Source of the DNA: Catajapyx aquilonaris
Taxonomy: Eukaryota
Assembly (NCBI GenBank): GCA_000934665.2
Contig: JYFJ02001139.1
Span: forward strand, 1 to 64,000
Length of the DNA: 64,000 nt
Reading direction: 5' to 3'
The notes under the pieces were generated by a model. That model saw only the letters and a program-made list of their open reading frames with translations, was not told where the DNA came from and made no database searches. Positions 42,209-53,901 of this stretch are shown piece after piece (position 1 is the stretch's first letter; the number at the start of each line of letters is the position of its first letter). Made by a program: the position numbers and the translations under genes.

Positions 42209-45200
42209 TCAAGAACCTTTCCGCTTCTTTTTGGCATACTCCCATATCTCCGGATGGTCCTCAATGTACTTGTACATTAGGTGTACACTCCCGTAGTTGT
42301 TGGTCTTGGAGCCTTGGCACATTCTGAGCTGCTCCATGGGCAAGGTAGGACTACACTCGACTGGGTGGTACACATGTACCAGTCCAGGATCAGGAGCCCT
42401 GAAGATGGCCAGCTTGCTCTGCACCACCTTGTCATACAGGTTGACGTCCTCCTTGCCCCAGCCTCGAATTGTCATGTCATAACCACCCACCACTTTAAGG
42501 TCACTTTTGTACATGCTGGCAATACCGAACCCAAACTGACGCCAGTACCCACTCTGGTCGTCGATATCAAAGTGTCCTCGAGGATTGGTCAGGAGGTCGG
42601 GGTCATACTCGCTGTACACTATGGGGAAGTACATCTGGATGCCCTGCTTGGTGTTGAGTCGGATCCTCTGGAGCGCCGACTGAGTGAAGATCATGTCGAC
42701 ATCGACGAAGAACAGCAGGCTGTCGTCATCGCACTGACTAGCTCCAACTTCAAGGGCCAGCGCCCTAGCGAACCTGTCCTGCACCTGGATGGTCCTCAGG
42801 TCCGACTGAGGGTACTTGGACTTGAGCTGAGATATGACTGTCAGGATGTCTCCTGCCTTGCCCTCTCCATCGTCGCTAGGGAAGATGGTCACTATCAGTC
42901 TGGTGCTCTCGTCGTTGGCCAGACACACGGTCTCATACACATCCAGGAACCGCTGGAAGGTGTCGAACCTTCCAGACAGTGGGAGGATGAAGTTGATGAC
43001 CTTATCCCAGGGAGACATCAGCTGCATCTCAGGCTTCGGCAATGGCAGGGTCTCATAGTACCGGGTGCTGTCCAGCCCACTATGGAACATCTCACCAATG
43101 GGCTCCAGCAGGCTGGTGCTCCTGGCCTTCTTGCCCCAGCTCTCAGGGGCTGACCTGATCTGTAGCTGGCTGAAGGCCCGCTGCAGGTACACATGTCTCC
43201 TGACTGGAACGGTCATCTTCTTGCCACGGTACTTCTTGTAGAGCAGGAGGAGATCCAGGATGTAGTCGATACCATGGAGGGGGTCCAGCCGGTAGTAGCC
43301 GTACAGGACCTGCTTGAAGTCGATGACACGACCTCTCTGCTTCGAGTACTTGTTGATCATCTCCATCACCTGCATACAGGAAATGGTATCACTAAAGGTG
43401 CCTTTCATGCACATATTCCTATTCATTTAGAGTTTTCCATTGCAGACCATGGATTGAGGACTAATTCTTGCTATGTTAATTGTTGTAAATAATTGGTAAG
43501 GGTATATCTTTCAAATCACTCCTGCAACTGGTTGATCATTGGACGAACACTGAGCAGTGAAGAATAGATCATGAGGATCAGGAAAGACTATCAAAATAAT
43601 AGATACCTCTCCGACAACATCGTCAATTCCTTCCTTGACAGCACTCTCCATTTTTCGACGAGGATTTTCACTTGATGCGGAATATATGGAAGTGTCCATG
43701 AACTCCCATGGCTGCACCTCGTCTCTTCTGCTGGGTCTAAACTTGTTGATGTCCAATGGAATTCCTGCAACACATTTTCAAGATGAATCTGAGCATTTCC
43801 TGACATCCTCATGCATTTTACCTAGCAGCCAGGTGTTTCCCAAGTGTTGTCTCGATCGGATAGCATCAGAGAGAATTCTAGTCACGTTCGTTGTGAAGTC
43901 GAATTTTTCCAGCTCGTGCATCATGGATGAGATGTCTCGGTGGAGGAGAATCACTTGGTGCTGAAGTTCCTTGATTTCCAGAGCCTGCAACAAAGTTTAG
44001 CCAATTAATACTGTTAGACAAACAAGTAAGATTTTAATAATCATAGTCTTTGAATTTTGTACGAGTTCTGATGGTGCCTTCTACAGTCTCCTGTGCATGA
44101 AACATTCAGGCGACTTGTGTACATTTATAAATAATTCATATCGAATTTGTTCAGAATTTGTGAATAACAATCAGGATTCAGGACATATGAAGTTGTTTCC
44201 TCTCTAATGATAGTGATCCTCACTAGCCAAATGATTCTGCGCATAAGGTTGCCAGGACAGATGTGTATACCACAGATCACGTTTCAAGCAGATGATATTC
44301 CCACTGGCTATACCTGTACGTAGTTGTGTAGCCTGTACATATGCCTATGGTTTTTGACAGGATGCAGCGTAATGGCCCGATGTACCTCCTTCTGCTTCAG
44401 GTTGCCCGTGAATGCAGCACTGCCACTGGAGTTGTGGTAGAATATATTCTGCATCTGTGGAGAGAAGGAAGTGCTGGCGTTATAATGAAGCACAAATACA
44501 CATTCGAGTGCTATTACACTCAATTGCGGACAATGAAGTAATAAGAGGGCAAGTCCATATTCATTAACGCTGCTGATTTGCTTTTGACACAGATTTGTCA
44601 CTTTGGCTACCATGGCACATTTGGACAGCATTGTTGGTGTCTACAAACCCACAGTAAGCACCTCAATGTGACCGTGCCTGGCAGGGACGGGTCACGCAAA
44701 AGCCCTATCGTCGCCATTTAATTAACGGTCTTCACCGAAAACACCGCTCGTAAACATGAACTTCCCCACTTTTTGTGTGCCGCGATGGTAGCCAGAAGGC
44801 CCCTTTTTGGAGGCTCTCAAGTAGGTGGGGCCCCACGATGTTTGCTTGCTCACCAGTCAGGTTCTTACCCTCCGTGGGTTGCTTGAAAGGGATTGACAGG
44901 TGGAAAGCAAACCACTGAACCCTCCTAAGAGAACCCCCCGTCGACCTACAAAATATCTTTCTTTGATCAGGCGGACCCCCATACTTTTCAATAGCCGATG
45001 CCGTCCTATTGTCCCTCTTTTTTTTAACGAATGGAAGGTCTTCAACCTCTCTCAAGGGTACCCATCAGGAGAGAGTCGGACTTTCTTGTAAATTATTAAA
45101 GCTATTATTGTTGGAGTGATTATAATTCGATTTTAAATCGAAACTGATGTCCCGGGAAGCCATTGTTGCGTAAGATGGTCATGAGCTAAATAGGATCGGT

Positions 45201-48200
45201 ATGGACGTGTGAACTAGCACGTCAAGGTCGGTACACACGTTATGTAAACACGTAAACAATATTGGCATCGTCACTTTTGCGGCATCCGGTACCGGTTACG
45301 TGCAGTCATCAGGAGTAAGGTAGCAGACCTGAAAGGCACAAAGGCGTAATTTTTCTTCTACAAAATGACACCACGCCCCTCATTTTGAGCTTCATGTACC
45401 TGCTACCTTCATTGAACCCCCGGTACTACACCTGTGGCTTCCAACAGGTGACATTGATAAACGACCCTGATTACTACAACCCCCCATATAGTGGTGGTGG
45501 GCCCCACCTTTCAATGACCTGCTCAACCGAACCAATCTTCGCCGCCTATCTGCTGGACGTGGAAAGTGAAAGTACACCATTTCCTGCATGTAGTGCGTAA
45601 TACCTCGTACGACCAGGTGCATGGGATGTGCGCGAATTTTTTCACGCATCTTCCCAGCTCCACGTCCTCGTGGTTCGTGTACAGGTTCTGCAGACACTCC
45701 CGCACATGAGGGGCCACCATGCCCAGGGTCACTCGGCTCAGGAGGATCCCCGGACCACCCATGCAGAAGTTGTCATCATGATTCAAACTCAGCTGACCCA
45801 TCTGTAAACAATAAAGAATTTATAACTAATATGAAGTTTATCACTATAATGCGAATTTATAACTAATATTAAATGTGTAACTAACAACTAGTGTAAATTA
45901 ATAGCTAATATATTATAACTATTATAAAGTAATGTAAATAATATAAACTAATATACTATAGTTTGTCACTGATATTAATTTATGCCTAATATTAACTTAT
46001 AACTTATATAAAATTTGTAACCAATATAAAATTTATATCATATTAATTTATAGTTTTATACGTAACATTAACTTATAACTGATATAAATTTATAGCTGAT
46101 ATAAATGTATAACCAATATAAAATTTATAGCTGATATAAATTATCGCTCAAATGAATTAAATATCTAACATGAATTAATACAATATCTACTATGAATTTT
46201 AACAACTAATATAACATGAATTTTAACAACTAATATAACATGAATTTTAACAACTAATGTAACTAATATGAATTTTAACTAATATAACTTATATAAATTT
46301 AACTAGTAAAAGTAGAAAATTAATAAATAACACTCTTTGTCCGGGCAACCTGATTATTAGGTTTTGCCATATAATGGCTATGTTCTTATGACACACACAC
46401 ACACACACACAGGGTGTTCCAATTGCAAGTTGGACCCACATTGTAATTGAGTTGATGAGGTCCCCACCCGTTGATGACCTTTTTCCCACCCTGGCTATGG
46501 GAAGCCGGAAATAGATTATTATAGACAATATTGGCCTACTAATGACCAGCGGCATCGGGGTGGTGTAGAGATGATTTATTGGTAATGGTGCAGCCTCCCT
46601 ATACTGTAGAGAGGATCATGTGCCCAGGGCCAAACCCGCAGGAAGGGGGAATAAGAGCCGTATATAGGGGGCACTGGTGGGGAAGCCCGGGCCTCGTCCC
46701 CTCCTGTACAATTCGAGTGTGACAGATTGCCCTGGTCTAGGGGGGGTTCCTTTCTGCACAAAAGATTACCATTTTTTACTGTCCTAAGGAATGTCTGGAG
46801 GAATTCTTAGTTGGGGAGAAACCCCCCCCCACACACGTATATATACGGCCGGGTGTCTGAAATAAGCGTAAAAACCAAATGGAGCTAATTGGGGTGGTAG
46901 TCTCGCACCGGGCTTTAAAACGGACTACTAACCTCCTCCTGGATGCCCTTCCCAGCTTGGCCTATAAACTGCGGCCGGCTGCTGTTGATGGACCGTAGAA
47001 ATGTCTCGAGCTGTTTGGTCCGGACGTACACATCGTCGTCTGCTCGGAGGAACCATTCGAAGGATGACCCCCAATGACGGTGCATGTACTGGAGCATCAG
47101 GAAGGACTTCTTCTGCGGTGGGTAGGAGTCATCCACACCCTCCAGTCTGACCAGAGGGACGGTGACGTTGGTCTTGGAGGTCGCAGACGTGAAGAAGACA
47201 ATACGTCCTGGGACCTGCTTGCCCCACGTGTTGTACACGGCTGTCGCTCGCCTGCAGCGGATGACCCTCATTAGCCCCGTCTTCCGTTGCATCGAGTGCA
47301 TCTGTTGTCCCCACACACCCTTGGCCTTGGTCACACCTCATGCCCTCATTGTTCCTTCAAGACGCGTTATTAGAACGCGCTTCAAGGTCTATGCCCTAAG
47401 GGAAACTTACGATGACACATCCTACACCTTCGTGCCCTTGCACGATCCAAAGTGCACCAGATCCGGCCTGTACAATAGAATTTGCCCATATCCTCTCACG
47501 TTACACCAGACATGATCTGGAATTTAATCATCGGACGGGACTGTCTCCTGAGACACTTCCTGAAGCTCAAAATAGCCTCCAAGACAAGTTGTGAGGGGGG
47601 CACTGTGGCGGCCCCCACAGCAGGTTTGTGAGCGCCTCTGGTGGAGGCTATTTTGAGCTGCAGGTCTTCTACTTTACCCCTACATGAAGCTCAAAATAGC
47701 CTCCAAGACGGGCGTTCCTCCCTGTTCCTGACAAATTATGAGGGGGGCACTGTGAACGCCTCTGGTGGAGACTAATTTGAACTTCGTGTCTGCTACCTTT
47801 GAAGCTCAAAATAGCCTCCAAGACAAGTTGTGAGGGGGGCACTGTGGCGGCCCCCACAGCAGGTTTGTGAGCGCCTCTGGTGGAGGCTATTTTGAGCTTC
47901 AGGTCTGCTACTTTACCCCTACATGAAGCTCAAAATAGCCTCCAAGACGGGCGTTCCTTACAAATTGTGAGGGGGGCACTGTGGCGGCCCTCACAGCAGG
48001 TTTGTGAGCGCCTCTGGTGGAGGCTAATTTGAGCTTCATATCTGCTTACACTTACGTGTCCAGGTACTTATCGGCCGTCATGACCCCTACTAGTAGGAGA
48101 CGATCAGGCACTTTGGTGGCATCAGTGGGCAGGGTCAGCTCCAGTGACCTCCTGGTGGGTGCTGACAGCTGTGGTGGGTGAGGGTGAGGCCACCAGGTAC

Positions 48201-48351
48201 CTTGTCCCCTACCCTGCTTGGTCCGGTTGCACACTCCTGGGTCACGGGTCAGGGTGGCCAGACCTGCCAGCCAGTACCCTGTAAGTACCCCTGCCAGGAG
48301 GGGCGTCAGGAGCCAGGCCAGGGCCGCCCCCCGACGCTTGGACCGGGTCAT
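42209..48351 (-). CDS. CHSY1: Chondroitin sulfate synthase 1 (CHSY/chondroitin synthase)
   Basis: Type II TM; LLLVGVMTA; DDSYPPQKKSF; EWFLRADDDVYV; FCMGGPG; HEDVELGRCV; LFFVDVD; YFPIVYSEY; GYWRQFGFG; GWGKEDV. Confidence 0.95.
45810..46330. repeat. Very AT-rich low-complexity tract with degenerate tandem repeats (for example aacatgaattttaacaactaatat)
   Basis: Direct inspection; lies in a CHSY intron. Confidence 0.8.
47560..48046. repeat. Tandem array of about 4 MITE family A hairpin units in CHSY intron 1
   Basis: Repeated tgaagctcaaaatagcctccaagac...gagggggcactgtggcggc...gcgcctctggtggaggctattttgagct units. Confidence 0.85.
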
Positions 48352-48810
48352 CCGGGTGGCCGACCCGACACCATCACCATGGCCCACTTCTTCCACTTCC
48401 CAGGCCAGACGGCCGACTGAGTTGGATTGGAATAACAGGAGGGTGCTGATGGCATGAAAGGAAGAGGAGGAGGGAGAGCCACTGGGGGTGAGGGAGGGTA
48501 CCCCACACACGGTTTTTTGTGGCCCCTGCTCCCAGACATGGATGGCAGTCTGCCCACATTTTTACTGCCCCCGGGGGCTGGTCATGAAACACACTGTGAT
48601 GAAACAGCCTCAAACGGTGGTATCACACATTAGAGCACGCACTGCTGGTGTTGTAAGGAAATAACACCAAACTGATTCTGTAAATTTTAATCACCATTTA
48701 TGTACCTAATTAATCTAAAGATGGGCCAAGTATCAACCGAAATTTACTCTGGAGCGATGACGTGGTGTTCAACCTGTTAGGAGGAAGAAAATGGGGGTTA
48801 TATATGCAAA

Positions 48811-48980
48811 TCTGTGGTCAGATGCAAGAAGACCGTAACTCAAAAACTAGTAAGGGCTGAATGTTGCATGAAACCCCTGCACTAATCCCCATGACTCAGA
48901 GGGGATTAAGTGCAGGGCATGCATGCGACTTTCACCCTTACTAATTTTTGAGTTACGGTCTTCTTGTGTCTGACGACAGA
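48811..48980. mobile_element. About 170-bp imperfect palindrome (probable MITE)
   Basis: tctgtggtcagatgcaagaagaccgtaactcaaaaactagtaaggg ... cccttactaatttttgagttacggtcttcttgtgtctgacgacaga. Confidence 0.7.
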
Positions 48981-49017
48981 AATGGTGACAATGGTGACCT
49001 ACCCGTTTCGAAATAGA

Positions 49018-50208
49018 TTACGTGTCATCCGTGCGTATCACAGGGCTTCGCTTGGAACGGGGTTTTCCTTTGCCTGGAACTAGCTTCTTCCTTGTACTGG
49101 AACCCTTGGGCTTCAGTAGTATGTAAAATTTATTAGATTATTATATTTTGAAATCTGAATAAATTTTGGCGTACATACCGTCTGAGTCGGAGTCTGATGG
49201 AACCGTGAGGACATTCCTCTTTTGAAGCTGCTGGTTGCAGCACCTGCTGTGATTGGTAGGCTGCTTTTCCTGACATTTGCCTCTGTTTTCTTCAAGAGGT
49301 TTCTGGCCTCGAACAGTTCCTGTCGAGTTTCACATTTAAAAAAAATTAAAATGTCAAAAATTTAAAACATTGTAATGAATGTTAGAATTCCAGAATTTCG
49401 GGAGCGGTGTTGCGCAAATGTATCTGAAACTTGATTAAGTGTGTAAGTGCAATTACCTTATTTAATTCAGCTATTTTGACATCCTTTTCGATCAGTACTT
49501 CCTTCAGCAGGTCCACTTTCTTGGACATTTTGGCATTCTGGGTCCTCAGGTTCTGGCACATGTTGTCGGCTGAAGCTTTCTCCCTGGTCAGAGTTTTCAT
49601 CTGAACCATAAATTCCTTGCAATCGTCACCCTGGAAATTTTGCGTTTATAGTAACGGAAAGCTATTGAATATATGCATCGGGCATGTCCGTTTCTAACCT
49701 GTTTCTTGACCACCATGCTGAGCTTGCCCACCCTCGTGCTGAGCTGGGTGTTCTCAACCTTCAGGGCATGTATGGCCTTCCTGGCGTGTGGAGGCATCGA
49801 CTCCTGGGCAGGAAGACCCCATGTCAAAAGGTACCTGCAAAAGGAATGGTTGATGGTTGCACAGCACTGGACACGGGGACAACAGTTGACTCACTTGTCG
49901 CTGTCGGATCCCTGTGGAAGCGTAGGAGAGGGCTTCTGTGACGTGAGTGGCTTCCTCAGTGTCCTCGTCCCTTTGGTGATGGTCCTACCCAGCACTTTGG
50001 GTTTGGGTGTCACAGTGTTCCTGGAGGACCCTTCGGACTCTGGAGTCCCCAGATCTCGCGAACTGTGAAGGGAACTCACTTTTTTGAATATGTACCACCG
50101 AGGATTGTGTATAATATCACACCTTTCAACGTCATCTAGGTCTTGAGTGGCTTTTGCGTAGAGGACTTCCAATCGAGGGGCGATCCTGATGGCGGGCTTA
50201 TTCGGCAT
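49018..50208 (-). CDS. Coiled-coil protein, about 6 exons; possibly a divergent, truncated TEX9-like protein
   Basis: GT-AG exons chain in frame from MPNKPAIRIAPRLEVLYAK through AIHALKVENTQLSTRVGKLSMVVKKQGDDCKEFMVQMK...KIAELNKELFEARNLLKK to RTDDT*. The TEX9 resemblance is from memory only. Confidence 0.65.
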
Positions 50209-50695
50209 TGTCACGGGCTCGTCAGTTTCGTCCAGCAAATACGACGAACCTTCTAGGAATGTTGAAGACTGTTTACTGCTGGTTACTCGGGTGATGACGA
50301 GTCGCAAAGTGCAATTGTCTCCAATGTGGCCAGTACCTAGCAACTAGGTTTCAATTGTCGACTGACCACCTGTGTCCCCGGGAATGTCTTCCGGTATTGC
50401 TAACACCGCCTCAAGATTGCCTTGAGGTATGTCGGGGCTGGGGTTCACACCAGTGTCGTTGTCTTTGGGTGGCAGTTTGGAGCCTCTGGACAATAACATT
50501 GGTGGACTGCTTGTGACCTCATGGTTATTGGTTCTAATCCTTTTTTCTTCATTGACCAGGCGGGACACCAGTAACGCAAAGGTTGGCCCCATAAAATCAG
50601 TCAACCTGGCTAACAGCCGGTTCGGGTACTACCTTGTCCTGCAAGACGAGGACGAACAGGAGGGCTCCCAGCAGCAGATCATCGAGGTCAGTAAC

Positions 50696-51780
50696 ATGAC
50701 CGCAGATGTCCCCAACGAATTCAACGTGGAGGCCTTGATGCAGAGGCTGTTGGAGGTCAGGCACAACCGACCTGGCAAGTCCTCCATGGTCTACCTGAGT
50801 GAGCCTGAGGTCAGGTGGCTCTGCTTGAGGTGCAGGGACGTCTTCCTCCAGCAGCCCATCCTGCTGGAGCTGGAGGCTCCACTGAAGATATGTGGGGACA
50901 TCCATGGCCAGTTCACAGACCTGCTCCGGCTCTTCGACTACGCTGGGTTCCCTCCGGAGACCAACTACCTCTTCCTGGGTGACTATGTTGACAGGGGGAA
51001 GCAGTCCATCGAGACCATCTGTCTGTTGATGGCATACAAGATCAAGTACCCTGAGAACTTCTTCATGCTGCGGGGCAACCACGAGTGCGCTTCCATCAAC
51101 CGGGTGTACGGCTTCCAAGATGAGTGCAAGAGGAGGTACAGCCTCAAGCTGTGGAAGGTCTTCAACGAGTGCTTCAACTGCCTTCCTGTTGCAGCCATCA
51201 TAGATGAGAAGATCTTTTGCTGTCATGGTGGGCTTAGTCCTGACCTTCGCTCCATGGATCAGGTAGCATATTATGATCATTGATCAACATTAATGTTGAA
51301 TCCTGCAGTTTGAAAATGTATTAATCATGTCCTACAATTTCCTCCCAAATTCCTAATGTGAAGATCCGTCGAATTCAGCGCCCCACTGATGTACCTGAGT
51401 CCGGCCTCCTGTGTGACCTGCTGTGGTCCGACCCCGACAGAGACGTAAAGGGCTGGGGTGAGAATGACCGTGGAGTCAGCTACACATTTGGTCCAGAGGA
51501 GGTGAGCAAGTTCCTGGCCCGTCACGATCTGGACCTGATATGCCGGGCTCATCAGGTTGTAGATGATGGCTACGAGTTCTTTGCCAAGAGGCAGCTGGTG
51601 ACCATCTTCTCCGCCCCCAACTACTGCGGGGAGTTTGACAACGCTGGGGGAATTATGAGTGTTGATGAGACGCTCATGTGCTCCTTCCAGATACTCAAGC
51701 CACTGGACCGAAGACCAAGGGGTTCCCCTATAGGTTTGGCCACAGCCACTTGCGCAACATTAAAGAGAATTAATCCTTGA
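50696..51780 (+). CDS. PP1: Ser/Thr protein phosphatase PP1 catalytic subunit, divergent paralog
   Basis: GDIHG, GDYVDRG, RGNHE, HGG, RAHQ and SAPNYC motifs; a single intron at 51263-51363. Confidence 0.95.
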
Positions 51781-52468
51781 GGACCAGGTGCCTGTGCAAA
51801 TAAGAGCATGCCATAGGAGTAACTCTCACTGTAACTTGAACGCCAATAGCTGTTCTCTCGTGGACCTGTGACCTGCTCGCTTATAAAATGTACATTCACT
51901 AAATATACCAACTTATGAAGATGTGCACAAGACCTGCGTCCGAAGTTTTTGCTTTCAATTTTACATTTCCTGGTTCAACGTAATAACTGGAGTTAGTTTG
52001 CAATTTTATCAAGCCTTTATTTGACTTCAGTTTTTCTTCCAATTTGCATCAAGGTACAAAAATATTCCTTTAGTGAGGCAGTATTTTTACATCTCTGTTG
52101 CAGAGGAACCATTTTATCACAACAAAATCCTGCATCACTTATCAAAAGCATTGTACTAATTATTATTTTCATCACAGAATGGTACAGGCATTATAGTGGG
52201 TGACAATCAGTGACATCAGCACTATTAGACAAAAACTTGTTTACCACATCTATAATGTGATCAGATTTAGAATAGCACAGCCTTTCTAGATGACTATAAT
52301 GAGGGTTAAAAAAATATAAAACACCTTACACCTAACTGGAATGCCATCAGGTACTGTTATCACTGTATTTAAAAGTAATTGAAAAGGCTTAACATCTAAC
52401 TGAAATGCACAGTAACAGACAGAATACTAATAGGATTGTAATGACACCAGGTGTGTCGGCTGCCAAAC

Positions 52469-53779
52469 TTAATCCGCTTTCATCTGTGCTTGCTGCTTCT
52501 TTGGTCCATGGCAGCAAAGGTGAGCGCAGGCAACCTTAGGCTTACTGTAGAAGAGTAGCAGGATGCACATGAAGATTATACCACTGGCTAGTTTCAAAGT
52601 CAGTGGGTAGTCCTGCGCCAACTGCTCTGCTGCATCCCAGACATGGGTACTGGAATGTCAAGGTTGGTAACATTATTATGCTATGAGAAGCATGCAATGG
52701 TTGGTATCTGAACTATCAAATGTTGATAATTATGAATTTGTACAAAACTGTTTTGTCTACTGGCTGGGAAACTGCATAAGATACTCACAGTGTGGTCCGC
52801 GGGTCTGGAATGTCTTCAGCAGGCAAGTCCTTGAGCCAGTATGTCACAAACGAGATGAAGGAATGAATATCATACGTCCGGGAATTGTAACGATACATTT
52901 TTCCAAAGTTGTACCTGTCGGTGCAAGAGTTTCTTAAGTAACACGCACCATATGAATAACAGAGAAATAAGCTAGAAAGCATCTTACAAGATGATAGTAG
53001 GGTACTGATCTATGTTGAACCGACGTCCAGTGACAGTGCCTTTGGCATTGAGCATTCCAACGTTGATACGACCTGCCACACGTACTGCCAGCGCCTCCCA
53101 GCGAGCTCGCAACTGGCTACACATCACACATTCCGGGGTGTAGCTAACATAAAAAATGACAATGTAAGACAATATAATGCGCCCATGGAGCAGCTACTCA
53201 CAACATGACAAGCAAGGGCCCGGTGGCAGCCTTTGTCAGGTGTTCAAAACTGGCATCAGTGAGTTCCATTGTGGCTGGTTCCTTTCCTTGCAAGATTCTG
53301 GATAGCATCACATCCTCTGCCTCAAGTTCTGTAATATCCAACCCTTTGTGATACTCGCACGTTTAATCTACCTGCTGCACGCACCATGCTCACCCTCATA
53401 CAACATGGCACTCCCGTAGCGGAAGAAGACAAGCGCAGGCTCCCCCTCCGGCCTGTAGTTCCTGACCAGACTGGACCTGACCATGACCACCTTAAGGCTG
53501 TCCTCAAAGGCCATCCGCAGGTGTCCCCTGATGCCCTCCAGCACATCCTCCATCCGCTCGCACACCTTGCAGTCCCCCTTGGCTGCAACGGAACATCAAC
53601 CGTCAGCACCACTCTACACAGCATGACCGCGTACCATACTCACTGAAGAGAACAAGCAGGTACTGCTTCTCCTGCATCAAGCTGAGCATCTCGGTGTCCG
53701 ACACGACCTCCAGGGCTTCAGGGCAGCCCCAGGGCAGCACAACCAGGGCGAGAAGAACACAGGGGCGGACACCACCCAT
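52469..53779 (-). CDS. Thioredoxin-domain membrane protein (signal peptide, two CxxC Trx-like domains, C-terminal TM)
   Basis: LEVVSDTEML; CKVC; EPALVFFRYG; MELTDASFEHLT; CVMC...LRARWEALA; FGKMYRY; TM IIFMCILLLF; ends QMKAD*. Confidence 0.85.
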
Positions 53780-53901
53780 TGCTGTTCCAACCCTCTTTGG
53801 AGTTTGGAACACTGACAGGGTTGCCAAAATGTACCTGTTGAATGGCGGCGGCGGGTTCGAACCGATACATCAAGAACAAGTGGATGTCTACACCGTTTTA
53901 T

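Noticed and set aside
42281..43153. 290-aa plus-strand ORF
   Set aside because: Antisense shadow of the last CHSY exon.
47560..48046. CRISPR-like repeat/spacer appearance
   Set aside because: Eukaryotic intron; the inter-repeat segments are themselves repeated, the units match a dispersed MITE, and there are no cas genes.
49891..50604. Two in-frame minus-strand ORFs separated by one TAG (possible readthrough)
   Set aside because: No readthrough context; better explained by a gene starting at ATG 50208, with the upstream part being UTR/promoter shared with PP1.
53845..53866. GGTTCGAACC B-box-like motif
   Set aside because: No A box or cloverleaf; insufficient for a tRNA or SINE call.
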